Below are positions 13,101 to 24,501 of a stretch of DNA of 64,000 nucleotides, one piece after another (positions within the stretch are counted from its first letter, which is position 1; each line of letters starts with the position of its first letter). The notes beneath the pieces are model-generated. The model was given only the letters and a program-made list of their open reading frames with translations. It did no database searches and was not told the origin of the DNA. The DNA is from Microthyrium microscopicum. Lineage: Eukaryota. The stretch is taken from NCBI GenBank assembly GCA_010405405.1, contig MU004232.1:329481-393480 (forward strand), in the 5' to 3' direction. The position numbers and the translations under genes are program-made.

Positions 13101-15124
13101 ATAAGAAATTGGTTCCTGCCCCGGCTACTAGCCGTTCGACAATCTGTGTTTTGAATTCAGTGCGAGCACGTAAATATTTGACCTCGTCTTCCAAAAAGTT
13201 ACGGATATCTCGTCGCGTGTCTTCAATTGGCAGATATCCAACAGGTACATTTGTCTTGAGCCGCTCAAATGATGTGACCAAATCTGGTGTCTGTCTACTA
13301 ACAAGGAGAATCTTTATTGGCATAGATGACTCGGAGACGTCTGTCAGCATTTCTATGAGGGCACGAGGATGATCTGCTTCATCAAGAGCGTCGATGATCC
13401 AGTAAAGAGTGGAGGACGTATAAACCCGGAATAGAATCTCTCGAAAGACTTTGTCCCATATCGTCTTTGCATCCGCTTTTTCTAGACTTTTGGCGGAAAG
13501 TTTGTGTTCTTGTAAAGCCCGGCGGAATTGTGGCAGTCTGTCTGCGATCTGAAAAGCCAAGACACGGAGGCATGTGCTGAGCGATCGTTTGGAGGCATCA
13601 CCGAACCTGAAGAAATAGTAAACGCAAAATGCCTCTTCTTGCAAGTGGTGTATGACAAATGAAGACAAGATCGATTTTCCGCTTCCTGGCAAGGCATGAA
13701 GCCATAGCATGGAAGTGCCGCGATCTTCATCTCGCCATTGCTCAAATACACTATTGGAGAGGATCCAAAGACAAGTCCCAGGCGTCCAACGCTTCCGAAA
13801 GAATTGGAGATCATCCCGGAAGTTGTTAGGAACTGCGAGAAAGGACTCGAGGTAAGCAAGGCCTGGCCGCTGCTCTGAGCCCAAAAGATGAATGCCTAAA
13901 AATGTGAACACATATGACAAGAGTCGAAGAGTTTCAATCTATACCTTTCGCGTGGACTTTCCTCATGAGAAGCTTGAGACCATTTTTGATATGGACGTAA
14001 TTCGAATCTCTTGAGCTGTTGAATTTAGTTATGGAATTGTGATCTGCTTCCAATGGCACTGAAGTTTCTGCATGCGTTCCAATCTCGGCGGATGTCTGAT
14101 CTAGAACCATCTGTATAGATTGTCAGCCAATCTCCATGACTAAATCTTCCCAACTGACCAAGCTATGGCGCGCTATGGGCGTTGAAAGCGTTTCATAGTA
14201 GGATAATATTTCTAGCCTAGATGCAAAATGACGGAATTGTTCGTTGATCGAATTTGCAAGTTCCGAGCCATCCCATATCTCTCCAGACGATCTGTAATAC
14301 TCAACAGGGTGTTCCGACACTGATACAGTCAAGATTCGTTCCATGATAGATTCCATATCGTGACTGCGGTTTGGTGTTGCCAGGAATATAATAGCGCTGA
14401 TGGATGAAATGATGTCTCGATATTCTGAATCGTTGTGGCCATAAAGATATGCTTGCTTGACTACCAGCCCACCAAGTGAATGCACGATGAATATGATAGG
14501 TCTTTGGCCTAGGATGATGTCTTCAGTATGGCCGATGGGTAATTCTTTCATAGCTTCCAACAGCGCTCTTGCGAAAAAGCCGATATTTGAAAGAGGATTT
14601 GGGCCTCCATTGTTAGGGACAGCATTGTAACCAAACGAGAGTATCCGCGCTGTCTGAATGCCTGGTTCGTTGGGAAGCCATCTTTTTGGCCAGAACTTGT
14701 CGGCATGTCTATCTTTGGTCCAAGTTGAGCGACTGGTGCCCCCGATGCCATGTACAAAAATAATATCGAGAGGTGGAGATATTTCAGGCTCATATATCAG
14801 TTCCAGACCTAAGGGATCCGGGGGTGCCTCCTGAGTTGCCATATCCCGAAGCCGTTGAGGAATGCCTGTGTTAGTTCGTCCTTGTAGTAATACTGGTGGC
14901 TTTTGGTCGGTAGAGGTGGCCTGAGATCTCCTATTACACTGCTGAGCCTCATCAGATGGGGTTGCTGATTCAATTGGTGTTGACGCTCCCTGTGTTGTTT
15001 TGGAAGGCTCTCCTACCAAACCTGACCTCAGCTCACGCTTGCTCTTTCCAGGACGATTTTTTAGCAAATGATACTAAGTGAGGTGAGTCGTTTGTTGGAC
15101 TACAGGTGGGTTACCACCTACCAT
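10171..15124 (-). CDS. Fungal NLR-like protein: SesB-like alpha/beta-hydrolase + NACHT + WD40 (4 exons)
   Basis: Hydrolase motifs IFVHGIGG, RILSFGYN, IFIVHSLGGLVVK and EADHNSITKF; Walker A LPGSGKS; Walker B WIIDALDE; C-terminal WD-like repeats (VCFSSS..TTKVWD, ICFSPDG..CNVWE). ATG 15124 is followed by intron GTAGGT..AG (15121-15074), with further introns near 14158-14113 and 13944-13896. Confidence 0.92.
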
Positions 15125-16096
15125 AGTATGATCGACGTCAATACTCAGCCGAGCCGGCCACTAATGCTACTCTCCAGTGTCCAAAAAAGCTAGGCGAACA
15201 TCAAAAGCGATCCATAACATGTTTTGCTTAAGCTAGGTTTTGGGCTGAGTTCAAAGCAGTGCCCCAGCGCAAGGCAGTTTGAATCCAAGGCATCTTCAAG
15301 GGATTATCCAAAGCATGTATAGTTTGGTTGCCCCAGGGCGACCAAGTAAACCGTAATATATCTCGTAGTTTACAATGGGGGTAGAACCCACGCCCAGGCC
15401 AATCAAGATCGTCTCATGCGGGAAGGGTGTGACCAGTTCGTACTTGATTATCGTTTGCAAAAGTCCCAAAGTTCAGCCTTATGACTCCGACCAAGCGTTA
15501 TTAGACAGTCAAACAGCGAATTTTTCCTAATTTTATGCGATACCGACTTTCTGTAGACTGAGGCTCACTCAACTTTCTATTTAGTGAGTAGGAAAATCAA
15601 TAGAGCATAACGTGATAAATCTGAATTTACATTTCACGCGAAGGAGCCATGGATTGGGGACCAGAAAATGCACCCCGCACAACAACCCATTCTTGCAAGG
15701 ATTTGATAGGTTTTTGTCCGCATATGGAGTGATACATGGTCATACACGAATCATGGTGTGGGTATTGTGGCCTGACCCGTAATAAGCCAGTCTATCATGC
15801 AGCAGAGGCGTAGCTCCCATGTTACTAAGGGGACAACTGTCGTGGTGTCTGTTGCTCTTTCTTCTCCTCCAGTCTGACCGGTCAACAACTAGGCAGGTAC
15901 CTAGCCTTGTGATTGTAAAAGTAAGGCGAAGGATCTACTTCCTGAGCACCAATCATCTTATAATGTATTTAGTTGCATAACATAGCCTCAAACACGTCAG
16001 ACGAAGTATCTTGCTTCAATACATAAAATCTATATAAGACTGTTCATCGGAGTGAATTTATGCGCGTATAATCGCACTTCTATACCAAATCTCAGG

Positions 16097-17363
16097 ATGA
16101 GCAGCAGCGCTGACAACACAGGGAGGCCTGATCCCACGAGGATGAGCAGTAGCATTGTTATGGAAGCGCCTGAGATCGTCGAACAGTGGAAGCCACCTAC
16201 AGAGTCTCTTGGCCGTGTCCCATTAGTGACGCCTGGAAAGAGTGGGGATAAACCAATTGAAGGAGATTTTCCATTGGATCAGGTGGTAATTGATCGTGCG
16301 TGTTTTGATCTAGTTATATTGATAGAACGGTGGCTGACCTTGGAATAGAGCTTCCACCTGGCACCGTAGTTCATTCTTGCAACCGATACGGCGCCTCAGC
16401 ATGGACTGTGACCGCTCGAATTGAAACCACTACAGCAGATGGGGAAGAGCAATTTTTCTTTGTCAAGTGTGCGGATGCCGATCAAGGAAAAGCGATGCTG
16501 GAAGGAGAGTTCAACTCTATGCGCGAGTTGTACAACACGGCTCCAAATTTCATTCCGAAACCGCACACATGGGGAAAGCTCAACGTCAGTAATCCAGATA
16601 CATACTTCTTTCTCTGTCAATTCATCGAGATGACAAATGATAATCCGGACCCAACTCAGCTATGTATCAAAATGGTGGAGCTTCATCGGAACAGTGTCTC
16701 ACCGACTGGCCAATTTGGCTTCCATATCAATACTTGTCAAGGAAATCTCCCTCAACAGACATCCTGGAGCCCAACCTGGACTGGCTTCTTCAGTCAGATG
16801 TTAAGAGGAGCCATGGCACTCAACATTAAGTACAACGGGAAATGGAAAGACCTTGAGGAATGTGTCGAACGATTGATCAAAGACGTTATTCCGCAACTCA
16901 TTGCACCACTAGAGTCTGATGGACGTTCGGTGAAACCTTCTCTCATTCATGGCGATTTGTGGGAGGGTAACGTTGGCACCAGCTTTGAGACTGGCGAGAT
17001 CTACACCTTTGATGCAAGCGTATATTATGGTCACAATGAGATCGAGGTTGCAATTTGGCGTGCTAGGTTTAACAAGATCTTGGGCGCAAAGGTCTATTTG
17101 AACACATATCTTGCTCGGATGGGCATCAGCGAGCCTGTCGAGCAGTTTGATGATCGCCATAGGATATACAGTGTATATCACACACTTCATGAGTCCGCTT
17201 GCCATAATGGAAGCTCGTTCCGAGAAGAGTAAGGGTTAAGAGAAAGCCAGTGGATGATCTCAACTAACGCATTGTCCATAGGTGCTATGAAAACATCAAA
17301 TTCCTGCTCGAGAAGTACCCACCAGTAACAACCGCTGGTGACACTGCCGCTGGTGCTTCATGA
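16097..17363 (+). CDS. Fructosamine/ribulosamine 3-kinase family protein (3 exons)
   Basis: FFVK, GEFNSM, GQFGFHINTCQG, PSLIHGDLWEGN and FDASVYYGHNE motifs; introns near 16296-16348 (GTGCGT..CTGAC..AG) and 17229-17281 (GTAAGG..CTAAC..AG). Confidence 0.9.
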
Positions 17364-18145
17364 ACGTTTTTGAAGTCGAAGTCAGCTTGTTCTCTGGAAG
17401 ATCTTGCTCCAATATCAGTAGTGAAATTGATGAGAGGTTAAAGTTAGGTAGCGACTAGAGCTCTAGCGGGTAGACGGCGCTCTTGAAAACCAACGCTAGT
17501 CAGCAGATCCACATTGTATGAGAAGACAGGATGGATGACGAAGGTTCTGATACCTTATTTATCGTTTCGATGATATGTCTAGAGAAATGAGAGTCTTCAC
17601 AAAACCAATGGAGCGATATCAGGTGGTAAAAATATAAAATAATCAAATTGCAAATTTAGCAATCTTCTAGGTATCCAATTGTAAACAGTGCTCGTAGTAA
17701 ATTGGCACTGAACTATTTGCATGGCTTTTTATCTCTCGTACAATACCGCATTTCATAATGAAATGCTCTATAATTTCAAATTTCGGTTGTGAAGAAATTA
17801 CAAAACATATTCATTGCCGATCTCGCCAATATCAAAAGACAGGTTTATCAATTTCACCGGTCAGCGCCGCTTGCGCAGTGTATGTTTCATTTCTATCCTT
17901 TCAGACCCTAGAACCTCCCCAGTAAGGTACGAGAAGATTCCGTACACGAATAAGCTGTTCTAAAGGTTTGCTTCCTACAATTATCTCATCCATCTTGAGG
18001 GTTACCTGACGAAGCAATGATGACTGTTTGAGCTACATCCCCGCAGTGTAATGAATCTTTGACATTGCCAACAAAACGTAAGACACTGATCTAACATTCC
18101 CTCAATTTTGCTGACATAACCTAGGAAGCTATACACATATTTTCT

Positions 18146-19735
18146 ATGCCAAATTCGACAGCTCTACTTATGCCTTCATTTGGAGACAGAGATGGCGAAG
18201 CTAAACCATCGGAACGTCCACCAACAAGCAGCAATAATGAGACTCAAAGCAACAGTCTCGCGATGGAGGAAGGTCAGCTCTCAAGACCCTACTCAGCCTT
18301 CACCAAGTCGCAGAAGCGGATGATAGTCATCTTGATCACCTTCGCAGCTGGATTCTCACCCATCTCATCTTTCATATTCTTCCCAACCATCAATGCCCTT
18401 TCTAGGGACTTGCACGTCAGCGTCGAGAAAATCAACCTCACAGTAACATCATATATGATCGTGGCTGGAATTGCTCCAGCAGTCATGGGAGATATGGCTG
18501 ACATGGCTGGCCGAAGAATAGTGTACCTGCTGACTCTGGCAATATATTGTGGAGCGAACATTGGATTAGCATTACAAGACAGCTGGCCAGCTCTGTTTGT
18601 TTTGAGAATGCTCCAGAGTGCCGGAGGCGCTGCTGTGATTGCTATTGGATATGGAACCGTCTCAGATATTGCAGCTCCTGCTGAGCGTGGTGGGTACGTA
18701 GGGATAGTGTTGCTTGGACCGAATATCGCGTTGACGATTGGCCCTGTGCTTGGAGGGATTTTGACTCAACATCCAAGCTGGAGGTGGACTTTTTGGCTGC
18801 TGGCTATAACTTCAGGACTGTGCCTTACTTTAATGGCCTTGTTACTGCCCGAAACCTCCCGGTTCATCGTTGGAAATGGCTCACGCCCGGTATCTGGATT
18901 GCAGGGCTCGATTGTGTCGTACATACAACAACGTAAAGGGCGACAGCAGGCTCGAGGTTCCCAAGAGGATGAAAAGCAAATCCATTATCGCCCCGACGAG
19001 CCAGCCAAACGAAAGCTACAGATCCCAAACCCTTTCGTTAGCTTGAAAATCCTCTTCGTCAGAGACGCGTTCCTCATCTTATCAATAACTGGCATCTACT
19101 ACATGAACTTCAGCTGTCTCCAAGCCTCCCTCTCAACGCTCATGATTAAACTCCACGGCTACTCTGAGCTCCAGGCAGGTCTTCTCTACCTTCCGTTTGG
19201 CATTGGCTCCATCCTCGGTGCCTACTGTTCAGGAATAATCATGGACCACGACTACAAAGCCACCGCCAAAGCACATGGAATGACTATCGACAAAAGAGCG
19301 GGTGATGATCTTAGTAAATTTCCGATTGAAAAGGCTAGATTCAAAAGTATCTGGTATTTCATCTCGCTCACTGGTGTTTGTACAATAGGTTATGGCTGGG
19401 CGTTGCAATCACGTACACATATTGCGGTTCCTTTGACACTGCAATTCATCATTGGGCTTACTACCGCGTTGACATTCAATATTTGCAATACGCTGTTGAC
19501 GGACCTACACCCAAAGTCACCTGCCGCGGCCCAAGCTGCGAATAACATTGCACGAGCTTCACTCGCTGGCGCAGGCCTTGCGTTCTTACAACCTATGCTG
19601 GACGCAGTGGGTATTGGATGGACATTCACTTTCTTTGGTGCACTGTGTTGGGGCTGTCTGGGCTTTGCTTGGATGGTATGGGGATTTGGGCACGGGTGGA
19701 GGGAAAGAATGATAGTGAAGGGTATTGAGCGATAA
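18146..19735 (+). CDS. MFS transporter, DHA1 multidrug/H+ antiporter-like
   Basis: About 12 hydrophobic segments; MFS motif A GDMADMAGRR; ERGGYVG; GPVLGG; LPETSR; PIEKARF. Confidence 0.93.
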   Translation: MPNSTALLMPSFGDRDGEAKPSERPPTSSNNETQSNSLAMEEGQLSRPYSAFTKSQKRMIVILITFAAGFSPISSFIFFPTINALSRDLHVSVEKINLTVTSYMIVAGIAPAVMGDMADMAGRRIVYLLTLAIYCGANIGLALQDSWPALFVLRMLQSAGGAAVIAIGYGTVSDIAAPAERGGYVGIVLLGPNIALTIGPVLGGILTQHPSWRWTFWLLAITSGLCLTLMALLLPETSRFIVGNGSRPVSGLQGSIVSYIQQRKGRQQARGSQEDEKQIHYRPDEPAKRKLQIPNPFVSLKILFVRDAFLILSITGIYYMNFSCLQASLSTLMIKLHGYSELQAGLLYLPFGIGSILGAYCSGIIMDHDYKATAKAHGMTIDKRAGDDLSKFPIEKARFKSIWYFISLTGVCTIGYGWALQSRTHIAVPLTLQFIIGLTTALTFNICNTLLTDLHPKSPAAAQAANNIARASLAGAGLAFLQPMLDAVGIGWTFTFFGALCWGCLGFAWMVWGFGHGWRERMIVKGIER

Positions 19736-19831
19736 GACGAGACATAATCCAAAGGGAGATTCTATTGATTTGGACTCCCATACTTCCTACCATAGCTGAC
19801 CTAGAGAACCACGACAAGCGAGGCTATTCTG

Positions 19832-20724
19832 TTATCTTTCTCGATTGGTCAACCATGGCTGCTCCACCAACAACTTTTTAATACCTTGGAGCAGCACCTC
19901 TCTCTTCAATTCCACTTGCACCGCCTTCACTGCTCCTAGCCTACTCGGCACGTCCCCTGCTTGTCTCGTCTCCTTCTTCAGCCACTCCTGGACCCAACGC
20001 CCTTCATATCCTAGCCCATTGATCGTTATTGACCGCATATTCCTCAAGTCCGTCAGCGGGCGAAACATGTGCTCCATCACCGCTCTTATTCGCTCTCGTC
20101 CGTACTCATACTTCCACAACTGCCAGGCATAGTCAATGCCCGAAAAGCCCGCCATCAGCCGCTGACCATAGTCGCAGACGTCAAAGACCAGCGTAAGCAC
20201 GCTAGTGCATTTCGCCGTCCACTCACAGATGCGCTGGATATGTCGCCAGTCCATACCAAATCGGAGGCGGTCTTCGCGCAGGACGAACCAGCGAATATGG
20301 CGGAGATACTGCGGTCCATCGGAACCGCACCAGTACTTGAATCTGGGAAACGCTTGTATGCTGATGTGGAAGGTCCGCGTGGTCAAGTAGTGATAGCGGG
20401 CTTCATATCGGGACTGACGGCATGTCCAGAGGAGTGGATGGGCAGTGCGATAGCAAATCGGGACGCGGCTGTCGGGGATCCAGATGGATTCGATGGCACC
20501 GTTGGAGCGGATTTCAATGGGTCGTGGAAAGGCTGGATTTGGGCTGTGTGGCGCTAGCGGATGGTCAAGTTCACCGAATACTGCATCATATATCTGGTTG
20601 CGGATTTCACCTGGTAGGGTGAGGAGGGTGTATGGCGTTCGGACGACGGGTTCGATAGTGCTTCTGGATGGGGACTCAAGAGCTTTGGCGGTCGGGGTTT
20701 CACGCTGGATTTGCCATTCTGAAG
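19832..20724 (-). CDS. Hypothetical protein with N-terminal F-box-like motif; 5' end unresolved
   Basis: The frame is open from about 20724 to stop 19832 and contains LLTLPGEIRNQIY and HPLLWTCRQSRYEA, typical of fungal F-box-like proteins. There is no in-frame ATG upstream of these motifs, and the nearest intron (GTAGGT..GCTAAC..CAG, about 20778-20720) does not splice into frame. Confidence 0.6.
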
Positions 20725-21257
20725 ATTAAGTTAGCGGGATAATTCGCCAAAAAGCGTGGGAATATTGAACGGACCTACGACGATACAGGCCAGCTGGAGG
20801 AGCAGATCAATTGTATGAAGCAAAAAGCTAATCAGGACAGTCACCCCATGAATAACAAGATTTGTCATCCGTCTTTCCAAGACTGCCATACTGAAAATCG
20901 GCATTTCCTCTCGGCCTTGGAAGTTGTAAGAAAGATGCACAGAGAAGGTGACTAGACAGGCAAAAATGTTGGTGATGACTATTTTCCCGAGTGGCATTGT
21001 GACTCAAGTGGAAGGCACCACGGGAGATAAATGAGATTAATTTCTCCACAAGGCAGGAGCACTGAAGGGAGAGGAATACATTTTTTGATAGCAGACTTTG
21101 GCAGCTGTGTATATAATTTTCCTCAAGCTGTCAAAGCTGCCCAGAGCTTTGCAAACAGGTCAATAAACAAACATGGTGGTATCTTCCAAACTCCCCCCAT
21201 CGCTATGATAAACCCAAAATCAACAAAGAGGAATCATGAACAACGTAGAGTTCGACC

Positions 21258-22703
21258 TCAAACAATGGTCTGCCCCATCTCTGTAATGTACAGATTGACG
21301 TGGCTTTCCATCTTCAAGTATTCCTCTCGTGCCGAATTGATCTCGTTTTCGATGTTCTCCTTGAGATCCGTCATCTACCAACTTGTTAATATACGCAAAA
21401 TAGCACGACTTGGATTGTGACATACCTTCTTCTCCGTTTGCTCAATTCGAACTCGTCGCTTGTCAACCTCTCTAGATTGCTCATTGCGCTCTTTTTGTAG
21501 CTTCGATTGTGTCTCTTTCAGCTCGTTCATGCGAACACTTGCAGAGTCGGCCTTTTCCTTTGCGGTTCGTCGAAGCTTGTCAATCCGAACATTGATAGTA
21601 TCAAGTTTCTTCTGAAGCAGTTTCTCCTCTCGCTCAACTTCTTGCACGTTGTTCTTCTTGTCGCTGAGAGCCTCTCGGAATCGTGTTGCCTTGTTCTGTT
21701 GCTCCTCTTCCTTGAGCATATCGTTGGCAAGTTCTGTGAGCACTCTGGTCGAGGCCGCAACATCTTGTGCGGCCGTTGAGAAGCTGTCCGCCGAGGTCTG
21801 TAGAGCACGCTCACGTCGTTCATGTGCCTCAATTTGAGCCTTTTCTGCAGCCAGAGTTGCGTTGAGCTCCCGCAGATTCGTCTGCAAAGCATCTGGCTTT
21901 TGGAAAGTGTACGGCCGCAACTTAGCAGCCTCTTTGCTCGTAGCCTCTAAGAGCGCCTGTCTCTCATCATAAGCCTGACACAACCGCTTCAACTCAGCAG
22001 TAGCTCGCTCCCCATCGTTCATGACCTTCATCTTCTGATGATTGAGACCAATAAGCTGCTCTTTCGCCCGTGCCTCCGCTTCTTTCTTCTTCTGATTCGC
22101 ATGTTCTTGCTCAGCGCGATTCGCCTTGAGAGCATGCAATCTCGCTTCTAAACCCTCGTTTCCTCCCACCAGCTGCTGCACTCTTAGCGCCAACTTCTCC
22201 TTCTCCTCCACAAACTCCTGCACCGTCGGCGTCTGTCCCTCGCGGAATCGCACAAAGTTGATCACGTAGCTGAGAATCTTCTGCAGGCGTGGATACGTAG
22301 GCTTGAACAGGTCCGCGAAGCCAAAGTCATTAACCTGGCACACGACCATGAATGCGCGCAATCGCACAAATAGGCCCATGAGATCGCGAACATCTTGACT
22401 GTAGAGACGGTCCGCCATGTCTGGGCCTGCGATTTCGCTAGCTGCGGCACTCATTGCTGGCCCGACGGTTTCGCGTGTTACGGTCATGCATAGGTCTGCG
22501 AGGAATTCGTATAGGCGTTGGATTTGTTGGGGTTGCGGTTTGCGGAGATCATCGAGAGAGAAGGGAACGCCGAGAAAAGTAACATTTTCGCAAATGTCAG
22601 GATCGCGTAGGATGAAGGGGTCAACTTCCTCGGGAGGAGGGCGGCGATTGGAGGTTGAAACGGAGTTGCCGCGTGCCATCGATTGTCGGGGGTTATAGTC
22701 CAT
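21258..22703 (-). CDS. NUF2: Kinetochore Ndc80-complex protein Nuf2 (2 exons)
   Basis: N-terminal CH-like region ([38 protein letters not shown]), then a long coiled coil. Intron GTATGT..AG near 21425-21375; last exon [33 protein letters not shown]; stop 21258. Confidence 0.92.
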
Positions 22704-22830
22704 GATGTAGCAAGTGTCAGAGTATGAGAGTGCGGTGTTTTAATTCCCAAGGTTCCAAGAATTCACTTTAGTCAGTGTTGCAAGTGAAAGTTGTCGTGGT
22801 TGGGATCGTGAAGCTGAAGGCTTGAAGTTA

Positions 22831-22838
22831 GTAAACAA
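22831..22838. promoter_or_regulatory. Putative forkhead binding site upstream of NUF2
   Basis: GTAAACAA about 130 bp upstream of the NUF2 ATG. It matches the Fkh consensus found in mitotic-gene promoters, but a short motif can occur by chance. Confidence 0.3.
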
Positions 22839-23520
22839 ACGCACGGACTTTTTCTAAATGCTCAACCGCTGATCTTATCTTATCTTTCCCAACCTCATCT
22901 CTTCGACAGGCTTAATAGGCAGACAGGTACACTCTGCTTTACTTTCTGATATATTTCTATGCTTCATGCATTGTTCCAGGAGTGAAGGGGTCTTTCCCAT
23001 AGCCGTTTTCTTTGCTTGATCGGTCATTCTCCGTTGGCATCAGCGCCTCTCACGACCTTGTCCGGCGCCGGTTCCGGGCAGCTTCAGATCTACAGAGGCG
23101 CTGATATCTCACTCAAGATCATTTGGAAATAAACTGGTCACACTAGAGGTGAATCAACATGTTTCAGGGCTTCAAATTTAATCTATGTTGAGATAAAATA
23201 CTTCACAATTGACAAATGAGGCTCAAAAACCGGACTGATATCTCTAAATACAGCCCGGTTCCGGCGTGACCAAATGACTGCAAACAAGATGTGTTTCTAC
23301 TACATATAAGAAGGCTTTACGATGTGACTCCAAGTATAGAATGCTATAAAGATCCAAACCAGAAGCCTACATTGAAGCAAGCATTGTGCAACAAAAAGGG
23401 AGCGATACACCCAGAGTACGACCACGACGCTTTTATCGACAGGCAAACCTTTTACTGCCTTAGCTATAATTATCTTCTTTACGTCTTATCAACTTGGGCT
23501 ACACAATCAAAGCAATAACG

Positions 23521-24501
23521 ATGCACATCGGCTACCATCCACTCATCGGAGATGCGGCCAAACTCCCTATTAGTCCCACCATACCTATTATCTCCTACAG
23601 CCCCGTCGTCCTCCCAGCCGTCAACCGCTCTGCCGATCTTCAGCTCCGCATAATTGTGCCCTCAATAGGACAAAATCTTCCCATAATCCTCTTCTCGCAC
23701 GGACAGGGACGCAGCGCCTCGCTCTCATCGCTAGAAGGATATGCCCCTCTCTGCGAATTCTGGGCAGCCCATGGTTTTGCAGTTATACAGCCAACGCATC
23801 TCAGCTCCGCGTTCCTAGGTCTTAAGCCGCCGGCAGGTAATGAGATGTTCTGGAAGACGCGCGCTGAAGACATGGTGAAAATCTTGGACAACCTCGATGC
23901 TATCGAAAGCGTCGTACCGGGGCTCAAAGATCGACTTGACCACACGAAAGTGGCAATTGCGGGTCACTCTGCTGGCGCTTGGACTACGATGCTACTCTTG
24001 GGCGCCAGCAATACGGATCCACGCGACGGATCTACGTGGCATAGGCCTGAGAAACGGATCAAGGCAGGCATTGTCCTTGCTGGGTTTGGAAGCGCTGGTA
24101 CTGATAGATCGGATATGTCAGACTCTGGGAAAGTAAGGGCGCCGTATTATAACTCGGATTTTAGCACGATGAGTACTCCTGCACTTGTGCTCTATGGGGA
24201 TCAAGATGTCAGTCCACATTTCACAACTCGCGGACCAGATTGGCATGCCGATTCGTATAGATTTTCTCCTGGTCCAAAAGATCTGCTTACTCTCAAGGGC
24301 TCACATCATACGTTAGGGGGTATAAGCGGGTGGGATGCACTCGAGTCGCTTGATGAGAGTCAGGAACGAATGGCAATAGTGCAAAGAATGACATGGGCAT
24401 TTTTGACAAGTCAACTGTATGAAGGAGACGAGGCTTGGCCGGAGGCATGCAAAGCCTTTGCGAAGCTTGAGGAACATGGGACAGTGCAAAGTAAAAGATG
24501 A
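23521..24501 (+). CDS. Alpha/beta hydrolase (chlorophyllase/PAF-acetylhydrolase-like, bacterial type), intronless
   Basis: LPIILFSHG, FWAAHGFAVIQPTH, nucleophile elbow AGHSAG, GDQD acid, GSHHTLGG His region; ATG 23521. Confidence 0.88.
   Translation: MHIGYHPLIGDAAKLPISPTIPIISYSPVVLPAVNRSADLQLRIIVPSIGQNLPIILFSHGQGRSASLSSLEGYAPLCEFWAAHGFAVIQPTHLSSAFLGLKPPAGNEMFWKTRAEDMVKILDNLDAIESVVPGLKDRLDHTKVAIAGHSAGAWTTMLLLGASNTDPRDGSTWHRPEKRIKAGIVLAGFGSAGTDRSDMSDSGKVRAPYYNSDFSTMSTPALVLYGDQDVSPHFTTRGPDWHADSYRFSPGPKDLLTLKGSHHTLGGISGWDALESLDESQERMAIVQRMTWAFLTSQLYEGDEAWPEACKAFAKLEEHGTVQSKR

Noticed and set aside
8412..15124. Amyloid signalling motif (HET-s, sigma or PP type) linking the NLR and HET protein
   Set aside because: No N/G/Q-patterned motif at the NLR N-terminus or at either end of the HET protein.
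16095..16160. Duplicated start context GGATGAGCAG(C/T)AGC in the kinase gene
   Set aside because: A short in-frame duplication that only makes the start codon ambiguous (16097 or 16142).
18146..19735. Retrocopy origin of the intronless MFS gene
   Set aside because: No poly(A) remnant or target-site duplication, and several other genes here are also intronless.
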